The notes beneath the pieces were generated by a model. The model did no database searches. It had not been told where the DNA came from and saw nothing but the letters and a program-made list of their open reading frames with translations. From NCBI GenBank assembly GCA_022827275.1, contig JAJDTG010000022.1, positions 129,455-193,454 of the forward strand: DNA of 64,000 nt, in the 5' to 3' direction. Of the stretch, positions 52,342 through 63,600 are shown one piece after another (position 1 is the first letter of the stretch; each line of letters starts with the position of its first letter). The stretch is from Candidatus Dadabacteria bacterium (GTDB lineage: Bacteria > Desulfobacterota_D > UBA1144 > Nemesobacterales > Nemesobacteraceae). Position numbers and translations under genes: made by a program.

Positions 52342-55089
52342 CTAACCGAGAAGCGGTCTCAGATGCTCTCCCGTGTAGGAGTTTTTTACAGAAGCAACCT
52401 GCTCCGGAGTGCCGGAGGCCACTATGCGTCCCCCGTTGTCTCCTCCCTCAGGTCCGAGGTCAATTACATAATCCGCACATTTTATCATCTCAAGGTTGTG
52501 CTCTATGACTATTACGCTGTTGCCGACGTCGACAAGCCTGTTGAGAACGTCGAGGAGTTTTCCTATGTCGTCGATGTGAAGTCCGACCGTGGGCTCGTCA
52601 AGGATGTAGAGGATATTGTTTTTTTCTTTTTTCGAGAGTTCCCTGGCTATCTTTATTCTCTGCGCCTCTCCCCCCGACAGCGTCGTTGCGGGCTGACCGA
52701 GCCTCAGATAGCCGCACCCGACATCCTTTAGAACCTTGAGTTTTCTGGTAACGGTCGGGCTTCCCGAGAAAAAACCCATGGCCTGATCGACGGTGAGGTT
52801 AAGTATGTCGTCTATGTTTTTCCCCTTGTACCTGTAACTTAGCACTTCTTTTCCAAACCTTTTTCCTCCGCATTCCTCGCACGTCACCATTACGTCGGCG
52901 AGAAAGTGCATCTCGACCCTGTGGCTTCCCTCACCCATGCATTTCTCGCAGCGTCCTCCCCTCACATTGAAGGAAAAATGCGATGGGGTGAGCTTGCGGA
53001 GCTTCGCCTGGTAGTGTCTGGCGAGGATTTTGCGTATGTCGTCGTAAACCTTTATGTAAGTGGCGGGATTTGATCTCGATGTTCTTCCTATGCTTGCCTG
53101 ATCAAGGATTATCACGTCGTCTATATATTCTGTGCCCTCTGTGCGTTCGTGTTTTCCGACCCTTTCAGTTTTCCTTTTGAATTTTCTTAGAAGAGCGTTA
53201 TAAAGGATGTCGTTTACAAGCGAGCTTTTCCCCGAACCCGATACCCCGGTTACGCACGTGAGAGTTCCAAGGGGAAAACTGACGTCTATACTCTTAAGGT
53301 TGTTTTCACTCGCGCCCATTACGTCTATTGAATTACCTGTGGTTTTTCTGCGGGAACCGGGAACTTCGATTTTCTTTTCGTTTGCGAGGTATTTTTTTGT
53401 GGTCGAGTTTTTCGCCGAACGCAGAAAACTCTTCAGGGTCCCCTGGTACACGACTTCTCCCCCGCTGTCTCCCGCCCGGGGACCGAGTTCCACTATGTAG
53501 TCGGCGGACTTTACGGTGTCAAGGTCGTGCTCTATTAGTATGATGGTGTTGTTTCTTCCCCGGAGTTCTCTTATCAGCGAATTAAGCCGGCTCATGTCCC
53601 TTGCGTGCAGGCCGATCGAGGGCTCGTCCAGAATATACAGGGTCTCGGTAAGCCGCGAACTCATCTGGCAGGCAAGGTTTATCCTCTGTGCTTCTCCGCC
53701 CGAGAGAGTGCGGGTGAGCCTCGAGAGGGTCAGGTAGTCAAGCCCCACGTGGATAAGAAAATCCAGCCGTGAATTTATTTCCTTCATTATGTCGGAGGCA
53801 ATCTCGAGCTCCTGAGCGGACAGGGTCAAGCGGTCAGACCAGGATTTTAGATCCTTTACGGACATCTGGGAGAGATGGAATATGCTTTTTCCTTCCATCC
53901 GCACGTTAAGCGCTTTTTCCTTGAGCCTGCTCCCTCCGCAGTCCTCGCAGGTAAAGGCGGAGCGGTATCTCGAGAGAAAAACCCTTATGTGGGTTTTGTA
54001 GTTTTTCCGCTCAAGCCTTTTGAAATACCCTTTCACGCCGTAGTAGCGGCCGTCTCCGTTTAGGACTAGGTCCTTCTCGCTTGCCGAAAGTTCAGAGAAG
54101 GGCTTTTCCGTGTCTATTTCCACCTCCTCGGCGAAGGCGAGCAGCTTTCTCATCTGCCTTCTGTAGGAAGTTTTTGTGAAGGGTTCTATCGCTCCTTCGC
54201 CAAGACTGAGACTGGGGTCCGGAACAAGGAGTTCGGGGTCAATTTCTAGGTTTCTTCCGAATCCGCTGCATCGCTCGCAAGCGCCGTAGGGGCTGTTAAA
54301 GGAGAACGTGTTCGGGGTGGGTTTTTCAAACGCAATTTCGCAAAGATCACAGCGAAGTTCTCTTGAGAAACGCAGACTCTGTCCTGAAACGATATGTACA
54401 AACGCTCGGGTGCTCTCGGAAAAAGCGGCCTCAAGTGCTTCTGTGATCCTCGATTTCGACCGCTCGCCTATAGTGGTTCTTGCGGTAACTATCTGAGTCT
54501 TTGCGTCCGGGCCCTCAATAGTTTTTTCCATATCCCGGGTCTTTCCGTCCCGGTAGGTACGGGAATAGCCTTTTTTCATGTATTGCGAGAGGTCTGTGCC
54601 CTCTTCTGTCTCAAAGCAGATGACGGCTCTTTTCCCCGGGAATCTTTCGAGCAGCAGCCGGGTGAGGGACTGGGGGGAGTGCTCCGTCACTTCCTCTTTG
54701 CACTCCGGGCATCGGGTTTTTCCGATTTTTGCGAACAGGAGTCTCATATAGTCGTATATTTCTGTTGTGGTGCCTACTGTGGAACGGGAGTTTATTACAT
54801 TGTTCCGGCTTTCAATGGCTATCGGGGTCGGGAGACCTTCTATGTCGTCCATCGCGGGGCGCTCAACTTTTTCTATGAACTGTCTTGCGTAGGTTGAAAG
54901 GCAGTCGATGTACCTTCTGAGTCCTTCCTTGTAAACGGTGTCAAGCACGAGGGATGACTTGCCCGAACCGCTGAGGCCGGTCACCACCGTGAACCTGTTC
55001 TGAGGAATCCGGACGTCTATGTTCTTCAGGTTGTTTTCCCGGGCGCCTTTTATCTCTATGTATCCGTTTCGTTTCGCGGTCTTCGCCAT
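52342..55089 (-). CDS. uvrA: Excinuclease ABC subunit A
   Basis: Two ABC ATPase modules (GLSGSGKSSL and GVSGSGKSSL, two LSGGE signatures) and zinc-finger CxxC pairs. ATG at 55089 (MAKTAKRNGYIEIKGAREN...) is preferred over the GTG at 55101. Confidence 0.96.
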   Translation of the reverse strand: MAKTAKRNGYIEIKGARENNLKNIDVRIPQNRFTVVTGLSGSGKSSLVLDTVYKEGLRRYIDCLSTYARQFIEKVERPAMDDIEGLPTPIAIESRNNVINSRSTVGTTTEIYDYMRLLFAKIGKTRCPECKEEVTEHSPQSLTRLLLERFPGKRAVICFETEEGTDLSQYMKKGYSRTYRDGKTRDMEKTIEGPDAKTQIVTARTTIGERSKSRITEALEAAFSESTRAFVHIVSGQSLRFSRELRCDLCEIAFEKPTPNTFSFNSPYGACERCSGFGRNLEIDPELLVPDPSLSLGEGAIEPFTKTSYRRQMRKLLAFAEEVEIDTEKPFSELSASEKDLVLNGDGRYYGVKGYFKRLERKNYKTHIRVFLSRYRSAFTCEDCGGSRLKEKALNVRMEGKSIFHLSQMSVKDLKSWSDRLTLSAQELEIASDIMKEINSRLDFLIHVGLDYLTLSRLTRTLSGGEAQRINLACQMSSRLTETLYILDEPSIGLHARDMSRLNSLIRELRGRNNTIILIEHDLDTVKSADYIVELGPRAGDSGGEVVYQGTLKSFLRSAKNSTTKKYLANEKKIEVPGSRRKTTGNSIDVMGASENNLKSIDVSFPLGTLTCVTGVSGSGKSSLVNDILYNALLRKFKRKTERVGKHERTEGTEYIDDVIILDQASIGRTSRSNPATYIKVYDDIRKILARHYQAKLRKLTPSHFSFNVRGGRCEKCMGEGSHRVEMHFLADVMVTCEECGGKRFGKEVLSYRYKGKNIDDILNLTVDQAMGFFSGSPTVTRKLKVLKDVGCGYLRLGQPATTLSGGEAQRIKIARELSKKEKNNILYILDEPTVGLHIDDIGKLLDVLNRLVDVGNSVIVIEHNLEMIKCADYVIDLGPEGGDNGGRIVASGTPEQVASVKNSYTGEHLRPLLG

Positions 55090-55356
55090 TACAATTCCCA
55101 CTTCCCGTGTTTATCTTCTCCCGGAAGAATTTTCTGTTCCCTCAAAAAGCGTTTATAACGAAATTGAGGTTTCCGGGGCATTCGGTATTCTTTTCCTCGG
55201 GAAAGATGAATATCCCGTGGCTTCTCACTTTAAATTTACACAATTATCGTGCGACTTTTTTCCGGAATACTGGATTGCCGACGGGTCGCCGCGCCGGACG
55301 GCGCTTGTTCCAGAGGGGCCGTCTTCTAAATACTTTTCTCGTTTCGAGGTGAATAG

Positions 55357-56607
55357 ATGAGTCATCTAATGGGGGTTGATGAGCAAATAGCGGAAATTAT
55401 CCGCATGGAAACGCAGCGCCAGGAATGGAAGCTTGAGATGATAGCGTCTGAGAACTACGTGAGCGACGCCGTCATGGAGGCCATGGGGTCTGTGCTTACG
55501 AACAAGTACGCCGAGGGTCTTCCTGGAAAGCGTTATTACGGGGGATGCGAATTCGTTGACGTGGCCGAGGATCTTGCACGCGAGAGGGCCCTTGAACTTT
55601 TTGGGGCGGATGCCGTTAACGTGCAGCCGCACTCGGGAGCCCAGGCGAACATGGCCGTGTTTTTTGCCGCTCTTAAGCCTGGAGAGACGGTTCTGGGCAT
55701 GAGGCTTGACCACGGAGGACACCTTACCCACGGACATCCCGTTAATTTTTCGGGAAGGCTCTATAACGTCGTCGCTTACGGGGTCTCAAAAGAAACAGGA
55801 ACGATTGATTACGATGAGGTTAGGGAACTTGCCCTCGAGCACTCTCCCGGGCTCATAATCGCCGGCTGGAGCGCTTACCCGAGGGATGTGGACTATGCGA
55901 AATTCAGAAGCATAGCGGATGAGTGCGGGGCGCTTTTGCTTGCGGATATAGCGCATCCGGCGGGACTTGTGGTTGCCGGACTTCACTCGGATCCTGTGCC
56001 CCACTGTGATTTCGTAACAACTACCACCCATAAAACGCTTCGGGGACCGCGAGGCGGAATGGTAATGATGAAGGAGCGACACGCGAAGACCGTAAACAGC
56101 AGGGTTTTCCCAGGGACTCAGGGTGGTCCGCTGATGCATGTGATAGCGGCCAAGGCCGTTGCGTTCAAGGAGGCTCTTGGGCCTGAGTTTTTAGAGTACC
56201 AGCATCAGATAGTGAAAAACGCGCAGCGTCTCGGGGAAAATCTCCTAAACGCGGGTCTTAAGCTTGTCTCTGGCGGAACCGACAACCATCTGGTGCTGGT
56301 TGATCTCACGGAAACGGAGTTTACCGGGCAGGTTGTTGAACAGACCTTGGAGAAAGCGGGCATAACGGTCAATAAGAACACTATTCCCTTTGATCCCCGT
56401 CCTCCCATGGTTACAAGCGGCGTAAGGATCGGAACCCCCGCGATTACCACAAGGGGAATGAAGGAACCGGAAATCGACGCGATATCGGGCTTCATAATGG
56501 AAGCTTTTAACAATCATGAGAACGAAAAGGTTCTCGGTAGAATAAAGGAAGACGTGAAGGAACTGTGCCTGCGTTTTCCTGTTTACGGTCACAGGCTCGG
56601 TGGATGA
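55357..56607 (+). CDS. glyA: Serine hydroxymethyltransferase
   Basis: 416 aa. [37 protein letters not shown] (PLP Lys). Confidence 0.97.
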   Translation: MSHLMGVDEQIAEIIRMETQRQEWKLEMIASENYVSDAVMEAMGSVLTNKYAEGLPGKRYYGGCEFVDVAEDLARERALELFGADAVNVQPHSGAQANMAVFFAALKPGETVLGMRLDHGGHLTHGHPVNFSGRLYNVVAYGVSKETGTIDYDEVRELALEHSPGLIIAGWSAYPRDVDYAKFRSIADECGALLLADIAHPAGLVVAGLHSDPVPHCDFVTTTTHKTLRGPRGGMVMMKERHAKTVNSRVFPGTQGGPLMHVIAAKAVAFKEALGPEFLEYQHQIVKNAQRLGENLLNAGLKLVSGGTDNHLVLVDLTETEFTGQVVEQTLEKAGITVNKNTIPFDPRPPMVTSGVRIGTPAITTRGMKEPEIDAISGFIMEAFNNHENEKVLGRIKEDVKELCLRFPVYGHRLGG

Positions 56608-56610
56608 GAA

Positions 56611-57069
56611 ATGAAGTGTCCTTTCTGCAAATCTGATGACACCAGGGTAGTTGACTCAAGGGAAGGAAAAGATGGTTTTTCCGTCAGAAGACGCAGGGAG
56701 TGCAACGATTGCCAGGAGAGATTCACCACCTACGAGAGAGTCCACCACGCCGAGGTGATGGTGGTGAAAAAGGACGGCCGCAGGGAAGAGTTTGACCGCA
56801 ACAAGATAATAGCCGGAATGCGCAAGGCGTGCGAGAAAAGGCCGGTAAGCATCGAGATCATAGAGGATTTTGTCTCCGGTCTTGAAAAAGAGCTTCTCGA
56901 GAGGGGAGAGCGGGAGATATCGAGCGAAGAAATAGGGGAGAGGCTGATAGACAAGCTTTATGATATCGATCAGGTCGCGTACGTAAGGTTCGCTTCGGTC
57001 TACAGGTCGTTTAAGGACGTAAACGAGTTTCTCAACGAGGTAACGGGTCTCCTTAAGGAGAAAAAATAG
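56611..57069 (+). CDS. nrdR: Transcriptional repressor NrdR
   Basis: [18 protein letters not shown]...[16 protein letters not shown] zinc ribbon plus ATP-cone. Confidence 0.95.
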   Translation: MKCPFCKSDDTRVVDSREGKDGFSVRRRRECNDCQERFTTYERVHHAEVMVVKKDGRREEFDRNKIIAGMRKACEKRPVSIEIIEDFVSGLEKELLERGEREISSEEIGERLIDKLYDIDQVAYVRFASVYRSFKDVNEFLNEVTGLLKEKK

Positions 57070-57074
57070 ATCGC

Positions 57075-57857
57075 ATGCTGGTTGATTCCCACGCCCATCT
57101 GCTTAGCATTGAAGACCCCGTGGGCGCCGTGTCAAAAGCTGCGGCCGAGGGAGTCGGGAAGATCATATCCATCGGGACTGGAATTGAATCCTCCCTTGAG
57201 ACCATAGAGCTTTCGAGGAAATACAGGGGAGTTTACGTATCGGTCGGAATCCACCCGCACTCCGCTTCCAGTTTCAGTGAAGAGGTGATGCGGGAGTTTG
57301 AGGGGATGGCCGAAGACCCCAAGGTAGTGGCGATTGGAGAAACCGGGCTTGATTATCACTACATGAATTCCCCCAAAGAGGATCAGATAAGGTCGTTTGA
57401 GGCGCACATGGAACTCGCAAAGAGGCGCAACCTACCTTTTGTGGTTCACGTAAGAGATGCGGATGAGGACCTGCTTTCGATGCTCCGGGAGGCTGACCTC
57501 GGTCCGAGGCCCGGGGTTATTCACTGTTTTTCAGGGGATTACGAAACGGCGAAGAAGTATCTTGATCTCGGTTTTTTCATTTCCTTCTCGGGCATAGTGA
57601 CTTTCAAGAGGGCCGAGGAGGTAAGGGACGCGGCGGCCAGAATACCCATTGAGAGGCTTCTTTACGAGACGGATTCTCCTTACCTGGCGCCGGTGCCCCA
57701 AAGGGGAAAGCCGAATGAGCCGTGCAATGTAGTTTACGTGGCCAGGCTTATTTCGAAGCTCAGGGGACTGTCTCTTGAGGAATTTACTCAGGTCGTGTTT
57801 GAGAACGTGACTGAGCTTTTCCCGAAGATATCGAAGGACAAAGACGGTCTTATCTAG
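57075..57857 (+). CDS. tatD: TatD-family metal-dependent hydrolase/DNase
   Basis: 260 aa. VDSHAHL, AIGETGLDYH, VVHVRDA, IHCFSG, ETDSPYL motifs. Confidence 0.9.
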   Translation: MLVDSHAHLLSIEDPVGAVSKAAAEGVGKIISIGTGIESSLETIELSRKYRGVYVSVGIHPHSASSFSEEVMREFEGMAEDPKVVAIGETGLDYHYMNSPKEDQIRSFEAHMELAKRRNLPFVVHVRDADEDLLSMLREADLGPRPGVIHCFSGDYETAKKYLDLGFFISFSGIVTFKRAEEVRDAAARIPIERLLYETDSPYLAPVPQRGKPNEPCNVVYVARLISKLRGLSLEEFTQVVFENVTELFPKISKDKDGLI

Positions 57858-57883
57858 CTGAAGAAAAACTAAGAGGTGTTTGC

Positions 57884-58834
57884 GTGAGCGGAAAACCGAA
57901 AATAGCTGTGACGATGGGAGATCCGAACGGTATAGGTCCCGAGGTCTGCATAAGGGCTTTTTACGACGGTTTCTTCGAAGAAATATACGACATCGTGTTT
58001 ATCGGAAGCGAAGCGGTGCTCCAGAGGGCTAACGGTGAGTTTGGCAAGGGGGGTCACCTGTCAATTATAGACCCCACGGATTTTTCCTTGGAGGATATTG
58101 AAGAAGGGGTGAGGTCCGAAAAAGCGGGGAGGGCGTCTGTTGTGTGCATAGAAAAGGCCGTGGCCATGGCCCTTGCAGGAGAAGTTGACGCCATAGTTAC
58201 GGCTCCCATAAGCAAGAGATCCATACACATGGCCGGTTCTACTTACCCGGGACACACGGAAATGCTTATGGACCTTACGGGTTCAGAAAACGTGGTTATG
58301 CTTTTTGAAGGAACAAGGTTCCGCGTCGCGCCCGTGACGATACATGTTCCCCTTCGCGAAGTTCCAGACATGATTACGGAAGAAAGCGTTTACGTTACCG
58401 TCTCCATATCCGCCCGGGAACTCAAAAAAAGATTTGGCGTCGAAGATCCCAAGATAGTTGTCTGTGGGCTAAACCCGCACGCCGGAGAGTCGGGATCTTT
58501 CGGAAACGAGGAGCAGGAACATATAATTCCGGCTCTTGAGAGAGCGAGAGCCGAAGGAATATCTGTTGAGGGGCCGCTACCCGCGGACACTCTTTTCTAC
58601 GATGCTCTTCGCGGCAAGTGGGACCTTGTGGTCGCTATGTACCACGACCAAGGCTTCGTACCCTTCAAGATGCTTTCTTTCGATACCGGGGTTAACGTGA
58701 CTCTCGGATTGCCTATACTGCGCACTTCTCCTGACCATGGAACCGCTTTTGACATAGCCTGGAAGGGGGCTGCCCGCCCCGAGAGCATGATTCAGGCCAT
58801 AAAGGTAGCCATGGAAATATGCGATATCAGATAA
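57884..58834 (+). CDS. pdxA: 4-hydroxythreonine-4-phosphate dehydrogenase
   Basis: 316 aa. GDPNGIGPEV, PGHTE, NPHAGE, AMYHDQG, SPDHGTAFDIA motifs. GTG start. Confidence 0.92.
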   Translation: MSGKPKIAVTMGDPNGIGPEVCIRAFYDGFFEEIYDIVFIGSEAVLQRANGEFGKGGHLSIIDPTDFSLEDIEEGVRSEKAGRASVVCIEKAVAMALAGEVDAIVTAPISKRSIHMAGSTYPGHTEMLMDLTGSENVVMLFEGTRFRVAPVTIHVPLREVPDMITEESVYVTVSISARELKKRFGVEDPKIVVCGLNPHAGESGSFGNEEQEHIIPALERARAEGISVEGPLPADTLFYDALRGKWDLVVAMYHDQGFVPFKMLSFDTGVNVTLGLPILRTSPDHGTAFDIAWKGAARPESMIQAIKVAMEICDIR

Positions 58835-58892
58835 CGGAGTGAAGAAGCTGCTGTGCCCGGCAGTATGCGTCTTTATCTTCGTCGTTTTCTGC

Positions 58893-60413
58893 TTAACGCG
58901 ACATCTCTGGGTCAATTATTTTGCCCGACAGTCCGGAAGGCTGTATGGGAATCGGATCTCCTGACAATGTCTGGTTTCCGGCTCCGGGAGCCCTCTGTGT
59001 TGCAGCTCCGACATCGGGACAGGCACCGTTTTCCCTGTACGCAAGAGCTACCTTCAGAAGAGCTTCTTCCGGGTCTCCGAGTTGATGGTTAAAGTCTTCC
59101 ACCGCTTGGCATGTCGGGATAAAGCCCTTTTCGAAATCCGCTTCACCCTTTGCGTTTACCCCTCTGAAGTTGATAGAAAAGTAAACAGTTCCACAGTTCT
59201 CCGCGGGAAGAAAACCGTAGGGCTTGCCGCAGGTAGGGGACCCGATCACGATCACTTCGATGTCGACCCCACGCAGGCTGTTTATTATTGATTCGCTTGC
59301 CGAGCAAGTGGCAGAGCTTGTGAGGACGAACAGGCGCTTCAGACCAATGCTGGGAACAGTTAAATCCGTATCGCTGAGTGTCGCGTCAGCTGGAAATTCA
59401 AGGGCAAAATCCCAGGTTTCCGAATCGATATAGCCCTTTCCGTTTGTCTGAAGCTCTTCAAAGATTTCTCCTTCTTTTTCCACTCCGGCTACCATTGAAG
59501 CGATCATCTGCGCCACATAGAGTATTCCCCCGCCGTTATAGCGAAGATCAATTATCAGATCGTTAACCCCTCCGTTATCAATAAACCATCTGCCTGTGTT
59601 TATGACTGCTTGCGCAGCGGGAGCGGAATGCTCGTTAAACAGCATATAGCCGATACGGTCTCCATTGGGAGCGGTCAGGATATCTACATTCTGGACCGGC
59701 GAGGCCTCTACCACCGCGGATGTTATGGTAACCGTGCGGGGAGTATCTGATCCGAGGTCGAGAACTATAAATGTGTGAGTTTCGCCCGATCTGGGTGGAT
59801 ACAGTCCATTATTAAGCACATTTATGTTGTTTGAATCCAGAACTTTTTCTCCGTCAATTGCAAGGATTCGCGCGCCGCGGGAAAGATTGACAGCAGACGC
59901 CGGTGAATTCGGCTCCGTATAGGCGATTCTGATGTCCCTGGGCGGTCTGGCCTGCAGGATGACAAACTCGGCACCGTATCCGCTTGAGACGCTTTCTCTT
60001 GACTGGAGGTATTGCACAGTGGGCTGGGTGTAATGAAAATTATCTTTGGGATCTCCCGCCGCGTTTTTTTCAAAGGTTTTCATCAGGTCAAAGTATACGG
60101 GGGTGCTGCAGCAGGTAGGGTCCTGATCCTTGATCTCGTCGTACCAGAGATAAGTCTCATTGCTCCAGGAACGAATCCAGTTATTTTCATCCGCGTAGAT
60201 GCCGGGAGTGGCAAAATCTTTATAGTAAGCTTTGTCGGGTTCAGCGCATACGTCCGCAAAAACTGTGCTTGGATAAAACACCGGATCTTCTTTTTCCACA
60301 GTTTCATAAGTGTCGCCGCAGCCGAGAAAGATTGATACTCCGAGCATGCATACGGCAAGCATACATATTGACGATAATCTGTTAAACGAAAGCCTTTTTT
60401 CTGATTTGCGCAA
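58893..60413 (-). CDS. S41-family (C-terminal processing/tail-specific type) peptidase lipoprotein, intact paralogue
   Basis: 506 aa. Lipobox IFLGCGD, LIIDLRYNGGG, TSSATCSASESIINSLRG (Ser region). Closely parallels the C-terminal half of the neighbouring disrupted gene. Confidence 0.8.
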   Translation of the reverse strand: MRKSEKRLSFNRLSSICMLAVCMLGVSIFLGCGDTYETVEKEDPVFYPSTVFADVCAEPDKAYYKDFATPGIYADENNWIRSWSNETYLWYDEIKDQDPTCCSTPVYFDLMKTFEKNAAGDPKDNFHYTQPTVQYLQSRESVSSGYGAEFVILQARPPRDIRIAYTEPNSPASAVNLSRGARILAIDGEKVLDSNNINVLNNGLYPPRSGETHTFIVLDLGSDTPRTVTITSAVVEASPVQNVDILTAPNGDRIGYMLFNEHSAPAAQAVINTGRWFIDNGGVNDLIIDLRYNGGGILYVAQMIASMVAGVEKEGEIFEELQTNGKGYIDSETWDFALEFPADATLSDTDLTVPSIGLKRLFVLTSSATCSASESIINSLRGVDIEVIVIGSPTCGKPYGFLPAENCGTVYFSINFRGVNAKGEADFEKGFIPTCQAVEDFNHQLGDPEEALLKVALAYRENGACPDVGAATQRAPGAGNQTLSGDPIPIQPSGLSGKIIDPEMSR

Positions 60414-60688
60414 AACAATTTCCTCCGTGGAGTGAGTCGGCAGCTGGGATTCTATTAAGCCAGAATCAATATGACTGACAAACAGGATTTATCAACTGAC
60501 ATGCAGGGCAGTGATGTTGCGGACGGGGACGGTTAAGGAGATTTTAAGCCTTATCAGTCAAGAATAAGTCCCGGAAAATCGGAATATGTCGCGGGAGGCG
60601 TATTGATGGAAAGCCCTTCTCTCGGAGAGCTTCTCTGCGCCGCTCCCTGAATCCGAGGGGAGTCCAGGGAAGGACACACGCCGTCAGC

Positions 60689-63600
60689 CTAGTAAGCCAG
60701 CGCGGTTTTCAGGAGACTTTCCTGCGGGTCGCCGAGCTGGTGCTCAAAATCATCATCCGCGACGGAGCAGGTTGGCGAGAATTCGTCATCATAGTCAGCC
60801 GTTTCAAGGTCGTTTACAACTCTTAGCTCAATGGAAAAATACGTGGTGCCGCAGTTGTCCTGTGGTATGAAGCCGTAATACTTGCCGCATGTTGAGGAAC
60901 CGATCACTATCACGTCAATGTCGATTCCGCTCAGACTGTTGATTATCACTTCGCTTGCGGAGCATGTGCTTGAGGTGGTTAGAACGAAAAGCCTTGAGAG
61001 ATCAAGCATCGGCAGGCAGGCTGAATTGTAAGATGTGATAAAGGAATAGTAATAATCTTGTTTTTTGTCATTGTGCTCGATTTTTACGAAGTTTTTACCG
61101 TTTCCGGCGGAGCTGGCTATCGTGGAAGTAATCAGTTGGGCGATACCGAGCGATCCTCCCCCGTTATAGCGGAGATCAAGTACAAGATCGTCAATCCCGT
61201 TTCCCTGAGCGAAACTTCTCACGGCGTTTATAAGAGGCTGCGCGGCAGTGGAAATGTGTCGGTTAAACAGCATGTAGCCGATACGGTCTCCGTCGGATGC
61301 GGTGATGACTTTCACATTCTGAACCGGACTTGTCGTTACCACACCTGCGGTCATTGTCACGGACCGCTGCTGTGAGGATGCGCCGGGGTCCTTGACCGTG
61401 AATGTATAGGTGTCTCCAGAAGATGGATTAAGGGCCCTGTTCATCGTTTGTATTTCCGCGCTGTTTACGGAATTCACAACGTCAAATCCGTTGATTTCCA
61501 GAATCTCCGTGCCGCGAAGGAGATTGACACCCGCCGTGGTGGCGGGGGAGTTCGGTTCCGTACGCGCTATGATTACCTTTCACGGGGGAGAGGAACTCAA
61601 TATCTTGAATACGGCGCCGTATCCCGCCTGAATTCCCTGTTGCGTGAGCCGGTTGTATTCCGCGGTGGATTGTGAGAAGTGGAACCTGTCTTTTGGATTT
61701 CCTGAAGAAGTGGTTTGCTTCGTTTTCATCAGCTCAAAGTATGCGGGCGTAGTGCAGCATGCCGGATTCCTGTCCTCAATCTCATCATACCAGAGATAGA
61801 TTTCGTGGCTCCAGGAGCGAAGCCAGTTATTCTCGTCCGTGCGTGTGCCCTGAACAGTCGCACCCTTGTTGTAGGCCCCGGCGGGATTGGCGCAGGAGTG
61901 ACGAAAATTCTCACTGGGGCAGAAAACGTCTTCTTTCCAGGGGGCATCGATAGTGGCGCAGGGGTCGGGCTTAGGGAGCGGGTCCTCAATGGAGAACTCC
62001 GCCAGACTGTCGGTTTTGCCGGCTCCGCCGCCGAGGCCCGAATACACAAGAGTGCCGAGGCCGATATTCACCGTTTCCGGGGTGCTCTCCGCAATGCTGT
62101 CCGTTGATGCCGTCAGCGTCATCGCTGCTACGGTGGCCGTGGTGCCCGAGTTCGGGCCGGTGAAGACAACTCGCGCGCTTGAGCTGTTGAGGTTGGCATA
62201 GGTTATTCCCGTGGCGTAGGTGCCCGCCAGAGTGTAGTCCGTTTTCTGTGTGGCCGTACCGGCGAAGGTCAGGGGAACGGTGAGAGTTTCGCCTCGCTCA
62301 AGCCCTCTGCCCAGTGTGATGGTGATTGCCTTCGTTGAGCCCTCCGTCACGTTGCCTGCCGCACCGGCCAGTCTCACCGTTGTGGCATCATTGTCATTTA
62401 CCGTAACCGAGTGCGAGCCCGCTGAACCTACCGTATAACCGCTGCCGTTGTTCACGGTGACCGTTCGGCTCGTCGTTTGTGTCTCCTGTGGTTGCCACGG
62501 TGAAGCTGTGCGTACCTCTCGTAGCGGGAATCGTCACAGTCCGGGATCCCTGACCCAAAGACCCGACGAAATCACTGTTCGGTGCGTCCGTCACGGTTAC
62601 CTTGACGTCAAGAGCAGCGCCTGGAGCGGGGTTTGCGGTCAGGATGAAACTTGCCGCCGTACCTTCCGTAACCGAAGTGCCTCCCGAAATGGTAATCATC
62701 GGACGCGGGACAGAGTCATTATCTGCAATGACAATCTGTCCGTTGCCTGCGATTGAACTTTTAGTTCCGTCGCCGAGATTGGCAGCAGTCAGTTTCAGAC
62801 CGTTGCCGGTTGAAGACGGTGGAATGGACACCGTCACGGTTCTGTCCTTGGCATCCTGATCTCGCGCGGCGGTGAGTGTGATTGTCACTGCGGTGGCACT
62901 GACGCCGGAACTCGGACCGGCAAATGTCACGGCGGCGTTGGAGTTTGCGAGATTCGTACAGCTTACGCCTCTGGGCGGAGAAACTGGACAGGTCAGGGTA
63001 AAGTCAGTACCCACGGAGCCTCCGGTGAACCTCAACGGGACCTTCAGAGTTTCCCCGTTCACAAGTCCTCGGCTCAGCGTAAGCGTTATTGATGCCGTAT
63101 TGGTTCCGCTGCCTTCTTCCGCGCTTGCGTCCGGCGTGGCAAGCGTCACAGTGGTAGGATCGTTGTCGTTCACCGTAACCGAGTGCGAGCTCGCTGAACC
63201 TACCGTATAGCCGCTGCCATTGTTCACGGTCACCATCACCTGGCCGTTTGGCTCGTCGTCTGTGTCTTCCGTGGTCTGGACGGTGAAGCTTTGCGTGCCT
63301 CTGGTGGCGGAAATCGTCACAGTCCGGGAGTCCTGACTCAAAGACCCGACGAAATCACTGTTCGGTGCGTCCGTCACGGTTACCTTGACGTCGAGAGAAG
63401 CACTAGGAGCGGGGTTTGCGGTCAGTATAAAACTTGCCGCCGTACCTTCCGTAACCGAAGTGCCGCCCGAAATGGTAACGACAGGTTCGGCAGTTGTGAT
63501 TGAGTCAGGAGGCGTGTTGGTAGTTGGAGGTGAGTTGGTGGTCGGAGACGGGCTTTTCTCTGAGCCTTCCGTCCCTCCGCAGCCTGCGGAACCCAGGACG

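Noticed and set aside
52054-52731. 225-aa plus-strand ORF bridging the 115-aa gene and the 3' end of uvrA
   Set aside because: It is antisense to uvrA (unambiguous) and to the upstream ORF, and it has no motif.
55102-55356. Possible riboswitch (ZTP/pfl or THF type) or small ORFs (113 aa, 81 aa) upstream of glyA
   Set aside because: I could not find the conserved ZTP or THF core sequences. I saw only a short GC hairpin (GCGCC-GGAC-GGCGC at ~55291-55304). The ORFs have no RBS and lie in a divergent promoter region. An Rfam scan would be needed to change this.
61580-61582. Selenocysteine or programmed read-through at the in-frame TGA
   Set aside because: The aligned residue in the paralogue is Arg, not Cys/Sec. 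I noticed no SECIS-like hairpin immediately downstream. TGA is used as a normal stop by many genes in this window.
61930-63482. Could the regular repeats be a CRISPR array?
   Set aside because: The repeat period is 783 bp and lies within one continuous protein-coding frame encoding Calx-beta-like modules. There is no short repeat-spacer organisation and no cas genes anywhere in the window.
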